A stretch of DNA of 64,000 bases, taken from IMG/VR virus record IMGVR_UViG_3300029953_000001; one strand, 5' to 3'. Source of the stretch: a virus. Both the position numbers and the translations under genes were made by a program. Position 1 is the stretch's first letter, and each line of letters begins with the position of its first letter. Below, in pieces: positions 49,066 through 58,081 of this stretch. A model generated the notes under the pieces. It did no database searches. It worked only from the letters and a program-made list of their open reading frames with translations, and was not told where the DNA came from.

Positions 49066-49727
49066 AGTTCTCCGCCAAGTATCTCAAGAAGGCTGGTCAG
49101 GTAGTGTACGTCCTCATGATGCGGGACAAAGACCGTAATGGTCACAACAATGAGGCTCCCATCGGCGTAGTCACGGACGAGGCCCTCGTCAAGAAGTTCT
49201 ACAGTGAGGAGCGTACCAAGGACGAGCGGAACTACTACGAGTTCGTCTTGAACGAATTGCCCATGGTCACAGGAGAGCCGGGTACTCACGAGATACCTGA
49301 ACCTGTGTCCGACCCGGCGTGCGAACAGAAGCTGGCTGAAGCCAACCAGAAGATAGCGGAGATGCAGAAACTGTTGAATGAAGCCAATCAGAGAATCTCG
49401 GAAGCTAACCGCGAGGTTAACGCTGCAAATACTATACTGCAAAGTTTCCTCGCGAAGATGAAGGCAAAGAAAATCAATCTGTGATAGTGTACCAACTGGA
49501 GGAAACAAGTGAGCGAGTCATTGGAAATCTATAAGTTAGCAGAGGAAGTAACCACAGGTAAGAAGCCCACGCAAAGTTTGGGGCTAGGCCAGACTGTTCA
49601 CATCCCCCTGCGTGATGCCTACATCTGTGCATCCTGCGATGTCATAACCAACAGTTCTGTTGTGTGCCCCGGCTGTGCTGACACCAGTCTCATGCCCCTG
49701 AGCACGCTGGTCGAGAGCATCTTCTAA
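49062..49727 (+). CDS. Two hypothetical genes (49062-49484 coiled coil; 49509-49727 Zn ribbon)
   Basis: Coupled ORFs; CASC..CPGC. Confidence 0.55.
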
Positions 49728-49835
49728 AATAATATTCACCGGTTTTCCAATTTCGTGGTATTATACAGTAGCAGTAATCCAACCGACTTTAAGCAAATTC
49801 AAGGTCTTAGTCGGTGACCTATAACAAGGAGAACT

Positions 49836-50774
49836 ATGGTGTATCAGAATAACCTCGTAGCCACGATCAAAATCGGCGGCAAAATCCTTCGCGAAGACAA
49901 AGAAACTGTGGCCGTCCCGTTCGGGGCAGAGTACAGCATTTACCTCAAGAACCTGAGTACGGTTCGTGCCCTCGTGCGTGTATCTGTCGATGGACAGGAC
50001 GCAACCGAAAACGTGTGGCTCATTGTCCCCGCCAAGGGGAGCCTTGAATTGGAGCGGTTCATCAAGAACGGCGACATGGAAAAGGGCAACAAGTTCAAGT
50101 TCATTGAACGCACCGGCCAGATTGAAAACTTCCGTGGCATCGGTGCCGAAGACGGTCTCATCAACATCGAATACAAGTTCGAAGCTCCTCAGCCTCAGAA
50201 CTACATCCCCAGCTATACCATCTGGAACAGCAACGGCGATGTCAGTTACGGTGGTCAGGGTACTCCTAACTTTAAGGGTGGACAGAGCCCTCTCAACATC
50301 AACACCACTTCGGTAGGCTCGGCTTCCTGCTACAACGTCAGCGATGCTTCGACTCCCAAGATGGCGTTCACGCAGTCCTCCGCTCCTACGCCGCGTTCGT
50401 CCTTCTCCTCCAAGGGAATGAGGGCTTTGCTCACTCGCAGTGCAGCGATGAAGGGCCGTCCTGCTCCAGCCCCCACCCGGCTTGGTGCCTTCCGCAGCTT
50501 CGACTCGGTAGAGACCTCCGCTGCTCCGCAGAACGAGAACGGCATCACGGTAGCCGGTAGCGAGTCCCGCCAGAAGTTCGGCTGGGGTGATTGGTTCCCG
50601 ACTGAGGATGCTTCTCACACGCTTGTACTCAAGCTGGTGGGTAAGGTAGGAAACCAGCCTGTGGTTCGTCCGGTCACGGTTGAAATCAAGCCGACCTGCA
50701 CGACCTGCGGTCGCGTCAACAAGGCCACCAACAAGTTCTGCTCTCAGTGCGGAACCTCGCTGGTGCTCCTGTGA
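49836..50774 (+). CDS. Phage protein with N-terminal beta domain and C-terminal Zn ribbon
   Basis: PFGAEYSIYLKN..VSVDG; CTTCG..FCSQCG; AAGGAG SD. Confidence 0.75.
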   Translation: MVYQNNLVATIKIGGKILREDKETVAVPFGAEYSIYLKNLSTVRALVRVSVDGQDATENVWLIVPAKGSLELERFIKNGDMEKGNKFKFIERTGQIENFRGIGAEDGLINIEYKFEAPQPQNYIPSYTIWNSNGDVSYGGQGTPNFKGGQSPLNINTTSVGSASCYNVSDASTPKMAFTQSSAPTPRSSFSSKGMRALLTRSAAMKGRPAPAPTRLGAFRSFDSVETSAAPQNENGITVAGSESRQKFGWGDWFPTEDASHTLVLKLVGKVGNQPVVRPVTVEIKPTCTTCGRVNKATNKFCSQCGTSLVLL

Positions 50775-51015
50775 ACTACGGTATCAATCGTTTCTACGAC
50801 CGCATTGGGTCGGGCACTTGGCAGACTCAGCCTGAAGTGTCCGCATCCCGGATGTCCTGTAGTTTACCGTGACCCGTGGCGTGAGTCACAATGTGTGTTG
50901 AACAAGCCGATGCTGTTGTGGGTACCGCCCGGTAGCCATACGCATATCTCTTGTCCGGCACATCCCGAGGGTCACGTCATCTTCGGCTCAAGTATTACCA
51001 TGTGAATAAAACCTG

Positions 51016-51045
51016 AACCCCCGACCACCAAATGGTCGGGGGTTT
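51016..51045 (+). terminator. Terminator-like hairpin
   Basis: AACCCCCGACCA-ccaaa-TGGTCGGGGGTT, 12-bp stem. Confidence 0.7.
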
Positions 51046-51058
51046 GGTATTAGTGCGT

Positions 51059-51493
51059 ATGACCAAATACGTACTTGGATTCCTGTTTGACCCTAGACTA
51101 GAACACGTTGTCCTCATTGAGAAGCGTCGTCCCGGCTGGCAAGCTGGTAAGCACAATGGCGTCGGCGGCAAGATTGAAGAAGGCGAGACGCCTGACCAAG
51201 CCATGGTGCGTGAGTTCCGTGAGGAGACTGGCGTCGAGATTACTACGTGGCGACAGTACGCTACGCTGAATAGCCATGCAGGGGACTTCCAACTCAATGT
51301 ATTCTTCGCCATCTCCGCTGACTACGACAAGGTAGTGAGTGTGACCGATGAGGAGATTGTTGTTTGGTATATAAGTGAGCTAGAACTTTGGAAGGATAAC
51401 ATTATCCCCAATGTCCGCTGGCTCATACCTATGGCCTTGGCCTTCACCAAGGGCGAACGTGCCTCATCCTTCACCATCACCGAGAACTACTAA
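51059..51493 (+). CDS. NUDIX hydrolase
   Basis: GGKIEEGETPDQAMVREFREETG; leaderless start. Confidence 0.92.
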   Translation: MTKYVLGFLFDPRLEHVVLIEKRRPGWQAGKHNGVGGKIEEGETPDQAMVREFREETGVEITTWRQYATLNSHAGDFQLNVFFAISADYDKVVSVTDEEIVVWYISELELWKDNIIPNVRWLIPMALAFTKGERASSFTITENY

Positions 51494-51720
51494 TGGTATA
51501 CATCCACGAACCACTCTTCGACGTTCGGATGCATAGTCGCATCATTGCGGACACAGAGGGGGAGCTTCGTGAGTTCGGGGAGATGCTCGGCCTGAATCAG
51601 GATTGGATAAAGACAGAGCCCCGACTCCACTTCGAAATCTACTCGACCAAATTAAAACTGGCGTTGAGTCACAACGAAATCCGGTATTTAACACTAGCGG
51701 AGTTTGAAGAGTACCTCTAG
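51493..51720 (+). CDS. DUF4031-like protein
   Basis: MVYI..HSRIIADTEGELREFGEMLGL..W..HFEI. Confidence 0.65.
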   Translation: MVYIHEPLFDVRMHSRIIADTEGELREFGEMLGLNQDWIKTEPRLHFEIYSTKLKLALSHNEIRYLTLAEFEEYL

Positions 51721-51763
51721 CTTCCTACAATTGAAAATGACAAGTAAAGTTCCCGGAGGATTT

Positions 51764-52225
51764 ATGGAACAGCAGCAAAGCTTTCGCTCAGAACTTGTCG
51801 AGTGGTTCAAGGAAATCGTTCCTTATTCCAAGCTCGACCTCTACATTCGCAAGGTTCGTGAAGGACTGGACATCAGCCCCGACGCTGATAATCACGCGAA
51901 CTTCGTCAGCTACATCTTCTGCACGGAATCCCATCGCTACAGCATCAGGGCCACTCCCACGTACTTAGGGTGCATCGCCTCATGTACGTCTCAGCTTCCC
52001 GGTGAAGACTGGACTCGTGGCTGTGACCTGCCCGATGGTAAGTTCAGCAGGGAGACGTGGGACTACATCAAGGAAGCAATTGTCAGGAACGAGATGGTAA
52101 AACTCGCTCCCCTCGTAGTATCTAAGTGTGTGCCTGAGCGTTGCTGCGACAGGGACACTGATGGTGACGGCAACTGCCCTATCCACAGCGCACCGGGAGT
52201 GTACCGTCTCGGCAAGGAGTTCTAA
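51764..52225 (+). CDS. Hypothetical protein
   Basis: GGAGG SD; YLGC..GEDWTRGCDLPDG. Confidence 0.65.
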   Translation: MEQQQSFRSELVEWFKEIVPYSKLDLYIRKVREGLDISPDADNHANFVSYIFCTESHRYSIRATPTYLGCIASCTSQLPGEDWTRGCDLPDGKFSRETWDYIKEAIVRNEMVKLAPLVVSKCVPERCCDRDTDGDGNCPIHSAPGVYRLGKEF

Positions 52226-52487
52226 GTGGACAAAACAGTAAAGTTCGGATTCGTGTCATGGGACTGGAAGGGTCACATGAACTCAAAGGAACCACATCAA
52301 CCAAGAGTACCGGAGGTTCGTGTGGGCCATGAACCGTAAGGTTGAAGAGACCGGACTTCGCTTCATGGAGCGGATGCTTACTTCAAAGTGGGGTAACGAT
52401 TACATAAAAAATCACACCCCAATCCAAAAACCTAGTATTACAGTCTCAGGTAGTACACAACAGTAGTCTACGTTTGAAGGAGAATAT

Positions 52488-52751
52488 ATGAGCAACAGCA
52501 ACAACCTTATCTCGCAGTTCACCAACGGTAACCTCACCATCAACGAGTTCGCAGTCATGGTCGCCGTCGCGACCAAGGCCAACGGCGGAAACACCGTCAG
52601 CGATGTCACCACCACCGAAATCGCTGAGGACTTGCAGGGTGGTTTGAGCCGTCACGCAGTCGCCCGTGCCCTCCGCAATCTCCAGAAGAAGAACTTCATC
52701 AACTGGCAGACCGCGAATGGTCGCACCGGTTCCACCATCGTGGTTCGCTAA
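52488..52751 (+). CDS. Small winged-helix DNA-binding protein
   Basis: TTTEIAEDL..LSRHAVARALRNLQKKNFI. Confidence 0.7.
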   Translation: MSNSNNLISQFTNGNLTINEFAVMVAVATKANGGNTVSDVTTTEIAEDLQGGLSRHAVARALRNLQKKNFINWQTANGRTGSTIVVR

Positions 52752-53050
52752 TGGCGGAGTACGAGTTGGTCGTGGCTAGGCGGGTCACTTTAGTCTGCGC
52801 CCCGGACATCCCTCCAGACGAGCTTACCGTTCTGGAGGGACTCTGTGCCTCATCCCTTGACGACGTGAGAATCCCCACGGTTGTGAACTATCCTGTCAGC
52901 GTACAGAACCTCATTGTGGGCTACAGCCCCTTGCTCGTCACAGCACCAGACATTCCTCCGGCAACACTGGATGAACTTCGCAAGAAGCTCAACGACCCAA
53001 CGATCAAGTTGATTGTCGTCAACTACAACGTTACCGTACAGGAGTTTTAA
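52751..53050 (+). CDS. Hypothetical protein with internal duplication
   Basis: APDIPP...VVNY occurs twice. Confidence 0.6.
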   Translation: MAEYELVVARRVTLVCAPDIPPDELTVLEGLCASSLDDVRIPTVVNYPVSVQNLIVGYSPLLVTAPDIPPATLDELRKKLNDPTIKLIVVNYNVTVQEF

Positions 53051-53052
53051 CA

Positions 53053-53982
53053 GTGTTTGAAGCTAAGATACTCAAAGATTCAATCTGTAATGGTCAACGA
53101 CTGACCACAGTGCAGGTCACTTTCCCTCGCATCATCTTGGCTGAGTGGAATACCCATGCGATGTTTGCGCGTAACACATCCAGTAGTCGAGCTATCCCCT
53201 TCGCAAAAATGGTAAAGAACATCATTGATGCTCCCTTTGTCCCTATCTACTGGGGTAAAAATCAGGCTGGGATGGTAGCCTCCGTTGAGCTTGAAGGTAG
53301 CCATCGGGAACAAGCTGTCGTCCTGTGGCTTGAAGCACGTGATGAGGCGGTTCGTATAGCATCTCAGATGGCCGATGCAGGGGGCTTGAATCTCCATAAA
53401 CAAATTCCAAATCGCTTACTTGAGCCGTGGATGTGGACGACTAATTGCACTACAGGGGATGCTGGGGCTTGGTCTAACTTCTTCGCTCTGCGCTGCCACC
53501 CAGACGCAGAACCTCACATGCAGAAGATTGCATACATGGCACAGAAGGCATACTACGAATCCACGCCGACCGTGCTCAAGCCGGGTGAATGGCACACGCC
53601 TTACATCAAGCCGGAGGAGAAGGATGAGTTGGTGAAGTGGGCTCTATCACTCCACCCCGAAATGACCCGAAACTTCTTCAACCCGGAGAAGACCCCCTAC
53701 GTTGCCGAGAAGATGGTTGAGATTTCTACAGGCCGCTGTGCCCGTACTTCTTACCTCACGCAGGAAGGCACTCGTGACTTTGGTGAGGATGTCAAGCTGC
53801 ACGACCGTCTCCGCTTCCACACGCCCCTTCATGCCTCCCCGTTTGAGCATGTGTGTCAGGCGATGGGTGACGGGCAGCGTTACGCCAAGTACATTGGATG
53901 GAAGTCCTACCGGCACTTCCTGCCCAAGGAGTACGTGACTGACTTCCAGCCGAATCACCCGGACTTCACGGTGGCAGTGTAG
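53053..53982 (+). CDS. thyX: Flavin-dependent thymidylate synthase (phage type)
   Basis: PRIILAEWNTHAMFARNTSSSRAIP, HKQIPNRLLEPW, NFFALR, RCARTSY, HASPFEH. Confidence 0.9.
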   Translation: MFEAKILKDSICNGQRLTTVQVTFPRIILAEWNTHAMFARNTSSSRAIPFAKMVKNIIDAPFVPIYWGKNQAGMVASVELEGSHREQAVVLWLEARDEAVRIASQMADAGGLNLHKQIPNRLLEPWMWTTNCTTGDAGAWSNFFALRCHPDAEPHMQKIAYMAQKAYYESTPTVLKPGEWHTPYIKPEEKDELVKWALSLHPEMTRNFFNPEKTPYVAEKMVEISTGRCARTSYLTQEGTRDFGEDVKLHDRLRFHTPLHASPFEHVCQAMGDGQRYAKYIGWKSYRHFLPKEYVTDFQPNHPDFTVAV

Positions 53983-54383
53983 ATGGTTTCAATGGAGTAT
54001 CTAGCTGGTTATTTAGATGGTGAGGGTTGTTTCACTTTTGTGGGTACTACGATACGTAACAAGAAAATTATGGTAGCGTGCGAAACCACCTTTTCTCCTG
54101 TTATTCGTACCCTGAAAGAAGCATTCGGGGGCTCGTACACAAAGAATATCAGAAAACGAAAAAAGTGTTGGCGACCCACTTACCGATGGGTAGTTGTTAG
54201 TCGAGATGCCGAGAATGCATGTACTAGGCTGCTCCCGATTTGATTGAAAAGCAACAACAAGCGCAGTCCTTGCTAGATTTTCAATCCACTATAACTACGG
54301 GAGGAAAAAGGTTAGGTACCGATACTTTGAAGCAACGTCAAGCTATTGTTGACAAGGTTAAGCAGTTGAAAGGAAGATTATGA
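53983..54383 (+). pseudogene. LAGLIDADG homing endonuclease, frameshifted
   Basis: YLAGYLDGEGCF..YRWVV..LLP; the expected LIEKQQQAQSLLDFQ continues in the -1 frame to TGA 54383. Confidence 0.8.
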
Positions 54384-54847
54384 CGGAACGATGGGACAGG
54401 AAATACTTGGGATTAGCCAAGTATGTGGCTACAAACTGGTCTCACGACCCTTCAACAAAGGTCGGAGCCGTGCTGGTTAATTGGGAACAGCATCAGGAGT
54501 TCCTTGGCTATAACGGATTCCCTCGCGGGGTTGTGGACTCTCCTGAACGCTACGAAGACCGCGAACTGAAGTACAAGCTCGTGGTACACGCCGAAGTAAA
54601 CGCGATACAGAAGGCCGGACTGCTGGCACGTGGGGCAACCTTGTACGTGTACCCCAGTTTTTCCTTCCCCCCTATCTGCAATGAGTGTGCTAAACTTGCC
54701 ATTCAGAGCGGTATCAAAGAGATTGTAGGCTTTGAGCCGGACTTGAACGACCCTCGTGTACAACGGTGGTTGAACTCAATCTCAATCTCCAAGACGATGT
54801 TCGAAGAAGCAGGTATCCCTTGGAGAAGCTTGGTAGAGGAGAAGTAG
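54380..54847 (+). CDS. dCMP deaminase
   Basis: SHDPSTKVGAVLV, GYNGFP, VHAEVNAI, PICNECAK. Confidence 0.92.
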   Translation: MTERWDRKYLGLAKYVATNWSHDPSTKVGAVLVNWEQHQEFLGYNGFPRGVVDSPERYEDRELKYKLVVHAEVNAIQKAGLLARGATLYVYPSFSFPPICNECAKLAIQSGIKEIVGFEPDLNDPRVQRWLNSISISKTMFEEAGIPWRSLVEEK

Positions 54848-55003
54848 ATGGAATCTCTCGATGAAAAGCTGGCAGCGTTCGATGAACGTTGCAAGGAACG
54901 GAAGCCTCGGATTGACGCCGAGGAAGCCGCTAGGGAAGAAAACCGGCAAAGAACAAATGCGTCAGGCATACCTAACCCGCACTAGAAGGAAGACTCTGAC
55001 ACC

Positions 55004-56038
55004 ATGACAATCTCCCCCTCCACCCTCAGCAAGCCTCGCGTTCGCACGTACCGCTACAAGGTCGTTCATGTCGAACTGCAAGACTATGCAGTCACCCCCA
55101 TGGGCGGCAGGATGCCTGTATACACCACCTTCTATCGGACTACGACCTCAGATAAGGCCAAGGATTACATCAGGAGCCGGGCGTTCCGTGACATCGTTAT
55201 CCTGAGTGCCACCCGCTACCCTGAGAATTTGGGAACGCTCCCGTACAGTAGTGCGGAAGTGCTCACTCCTACTCAGATGGCCACGTTGGAGAATAACCTC
55301 AAGCTGCGTACTGTCCCTGCTCCGGTTCAGCCTATCACCCCACCTGTCCCTGCTCCGGTTCAGCGTCCCCTCGTTGGTGACCTGTCCGCAGACCAGCTTG
55401 GCGTGTTGCTGCGTGGTGACGTGCTGAGTGTTGGGGGTTACACTGTAGGTGCAATCCCTGCTGTGGCTCCGCCTCTGGCTAAGACGACCACGGCGAAGGT
55501 GGCTCTCGCACACTGGCACCCGTTGTCGCATCTTAGTAGCCTGTTGACCGCAGACCCGCCGAAGGCTTGGGCGTTCGAGAAGGTTGGCACGGGCCGCATC
55601 AACAAGTATGACTCCCCGGATGACGACGGTGACCCGGATGATGTAGATGCCGGTCGTCATGCTTGTGAACTGGTTCAGGCAGCGATTAGCGCCCCCACCC
55701 TTGACGACGGGCTTGTCAGCGACATGTGCGACAAGGTGCTGGACGACATGAACGAGACCGAGAAGACTGAACTGTTCCACCAGCTTGTGGCTGATGGAAT
55801 GTCGGAGTCTGAAGTTAGGGGTACCATCTGGCCGGGTACTCCGTCGGTCAACCCCGTTCTCTCTGGTGAGGTAACTACCTCGGACATGCCCCCAGCTTCT
55901 CGGCCTCTCACCGCTCCCGTACCAACCGACGAGGCCGAGCCCTTCTTCAGCGATAAGTTCGTCACGTGGGGTCTAATCGCTATCGGTATCGGGCTCATGG
56001 GAGCAGTCATGTACTTGGCGGTCGCCGGTGTCAAGTAG
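55004..56038 (+). CDS. Pro-rich protein with C-terminal TM anchor
   Basis: PAPVQ repeat (21-bp direct repeat at ~55311 and ~55344); C-terminal hydrophobic helix. Confidence 0.65.
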   Translation: MTISPSTLSKPRVRTYRYKVVHVELQDYAVTPMGGRMPVYTTFYRTTTSDKAKDYIRSRAFRDIVILSATRYPENLGTLPYSSAEVLTPTQMATLENNLKLRTVPAPVQPITPPVPAPVQRPLVGDLSADQLGVLLRGDVLSVGGYTVGAIPAVAPPLAKTTTAKVALAHWHPLSHLSSLLTADPPKAWAFEKVGTGRINKYDSPDDDGDPDDVDAGRHACELVQAAISAPTLDDGLVSDMCDKVLDDMNETEKTELFHQLVADGMSESEVRGTIWPGTPSVNPVLSGEVTTSDMPPASRPLTAPVPTDEAEPFFSDKFVTWGLIAIGIGLMGAVMYLAVAGVK

Positions 56039-56480
56039 TTTCAACAACTCGATAGCTGTAGATGAGATTGTAATCGACACCCTGCGTGTGTCCGTTGTTG
56101 AACGGATACGCAACAGGTATCCAATGGTGGCACGGAATCTAACGGTTACACCGTACCTCCCGTACGACACGGCGGAGCATGTCGATTACATCTTCTCCAG
56201 CTTTCTTGCGAACATCCACAAGACCGACAAGACCAAGACACAACTCTATAAGTACCCAGCGACCCCATGGGAGTACCTCAAAGAGAAGTACGCTCCCGTG
56301 TGGTTCCTCAAGCGGCGGCCGGTACGCTACGACACCAAGGATGTGGCCGTGAGTGTAGAGAGAAACTTCATGTGCCCTCACATCGACACACCAGACCTGC
56401 GTCCTCACGTAGTGTACCTTCGTGACGGCACACCATGGTACCCGTTGCTGGAATACCCCATGGCACCCCCTACCCGATAG
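56028..56480 (+). CDS. Hypothetical protein
   Basis: YPATPWEYLKEKYAP..FLKRRPVRY motif. Confidence 0.6.
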   Translation: MSSSFNNSIAVDEIVIDTLRVSVVERIRNRYPMVARNLTVTPYLPYDTAEHVDYIFSSFLANIHKTDKTKTQLYKYPATPWEYLKEKYAPVWFLKRRPVRYDTKDVAVSVERNFMCPHIDTPDLRPHVVYLRDGTPWYPLLEYPMAPPTR

Positions 56481-56516
56481 TTCAAATAAAAACCGAAAGA
56501 ATCAGTAATATAGAAC

Positions 56517-56615
56517 ATACTTCCTACCCGGACGTGACTACGCTGGGTTAGTGACCCCCTCCGTTTTATAGGCTGCTAGATGCGGGGAGTGGTTCGCTAT
56601 CCGGGTAGGAGGTGT
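56517..56615 (+). ncRNA. Candidate structured small RNA (~99 nt)
   Basis: Intergenic. 5' ATACTTCCTACCCGGA pairs with 3' TCCGGGTAGGAGGTGT (16 bp, 2 G-U). The 5' end coincides with the predicted +1 of GTAATA-N6. Confidence 0.6.
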
Positions 56616-56703
56616 ATAAATTACCAAAAATTGACAAATTGAACCGCCTGAGCCACTGGTACATGAATTTAATGATATTAGTCCTCTTGAGTAGAGGCAC
56701 AAC

Positions 56704-57730
56704 ATGGCAAGTGAATATTCAGAGCTATACAACAACGATATAGATAAGCTACGCGATGGGCTCGACATTCTGGACAGAGTGGTCGATAGCATCGACGGGC
56801 TCGACATATGGCTCTATGGTATTGTCACTAACCCTAACGTCCTAGAAGTGGCCCGTGGTGCCATCATCAAGTATGATGAGCCTTCGATGGACGACCATGG
56901 CAACTCGACTCTAGAAGATGGGGATGTTCAAGTAACTGAGATTGGTGTATACCTCCTTGTCTCCCCTGATGTTATCGACATGCTCAATGGCAGCGGCTAC
57001 CCTCTGCGTGACCTCCGGTTTGTATATCAAGAGGGGGATGGAGAGGGTACACGTAATTCATTATTCTCGGACTCGGACTCTTTGAGCAATGATGATACGA
57101 TCAGGACTAGCGACATGGGAGAGATTGCAGTCGCACAGTCTGAAAGTTACATCGACAAGTATTTCACAGACAAGAGCAACAAGCTAAAAGTGGGAATCAA
57201 CCGTAAGGTACGTAGGAACGAGGAAGCGACAGAGCACCCACACCCTGTTGGGGCTCAGCCTGAACCTACAGCACCGGCACCCGCTCAACCAGCCGCAAAT
57301 GCTGCACCTGTAACACCGGGGGCACCTGTGCCTAAGCAAACGTCATTGAAGTTATCCAAGATTGTGGAGGAGTTCCTTGGACTCTAGTATCAAGACCACA
57401 GTCTCTGATGCTCGACCCATTGCTCCCGCAGTGAAGCCTGAACTAGCGGCTGCGAAAAGTGGATTCGTAAAAGTAACTCTGTCGTACCTAACTACTCAGC
57501 CGCAGCACTTACGTAGTTTGCTGTTGTATACTTCATGCAACATTCAACCGCCCTACACTGAAGAAGTTTCCATTCTACTCCCAAGCATGAAGGTGTTTGC
57601 AATCCTAGAGACCTTCATCCCTGCGTTCGAGTACCTGCAAAATTCTGGAGTGGTGTCTCACACCGCAGAGCTTCAGAACTTCGAAATAGTAGACGAGGAC
57701 GTACACACTCTCGCTTACGTTTTTGAATAA
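56704..57730 (+). CDS. Two hypothetical genes (56704-57387, 57362-57730)
   Basis: Co-oriented ORFs; first has a GAGG SD. Confidence 0.6.
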
Positions 57731-57751
57731 AATTTTTACTTGAAAAATAGT

Positions 57752-57780
57752 TTCCCAAAACTAAATTCGTCCCGTATACT
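57752..57780 (+). promoter_or_regulatory. Class A promoter, leaderless
   Basis: TTCCCA-N17-TATACT-N7-ATG (57788). Confidence 0.65.
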
Positions 57781-57787
57781 ACGGGAC

Positions 57788-58081
57788 ATGAGCTTGCTGT
57801 CTTTCAACATCAACAACTCAGTGTGGGTCAAGCTTACCGAACTCGGTAGGTCTGTGTACCTTGCTGATGCTCACGCATGGCGTGAAGCGTTGCCTGAGAT
57901 TGCGAGGAAGAATCTCACTCCTGTACAATTGCCTGTGGATGAAGAAGGCTACTCCCGCTTCAGTGGCTGGGAGTTCATGCGTGTCTTCGGCCCGTACATG
58001 TACTTGGGGGCTCCCGGCGTTTTTGACATGAACATCCGAATCAACTCCGACAACATACACCCGATTGAAAGGAACATATGA
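57788..58081 (+). CDS. Hypothetical protein
   Basis: FNINNSVWVKLTELG..DEEGYSRF..WEFMRVFG. Confidence 0.7.
   Translation: MSLLSFNINNSVWVKLTELGRSVYLADAHAWREALPEIARKNLTPVQLPVDEEGYSRFSGWEFMRVFGPYMYLGAPGVFDMNIRINSDNIHPIERNI

Noticed and set aside
55311-55364. 21-bp direct repeat
   Set aside because: Encodes a duplicated VPAPVQ linker within a Pro-rich protein; an ordinary intragenic duplication.
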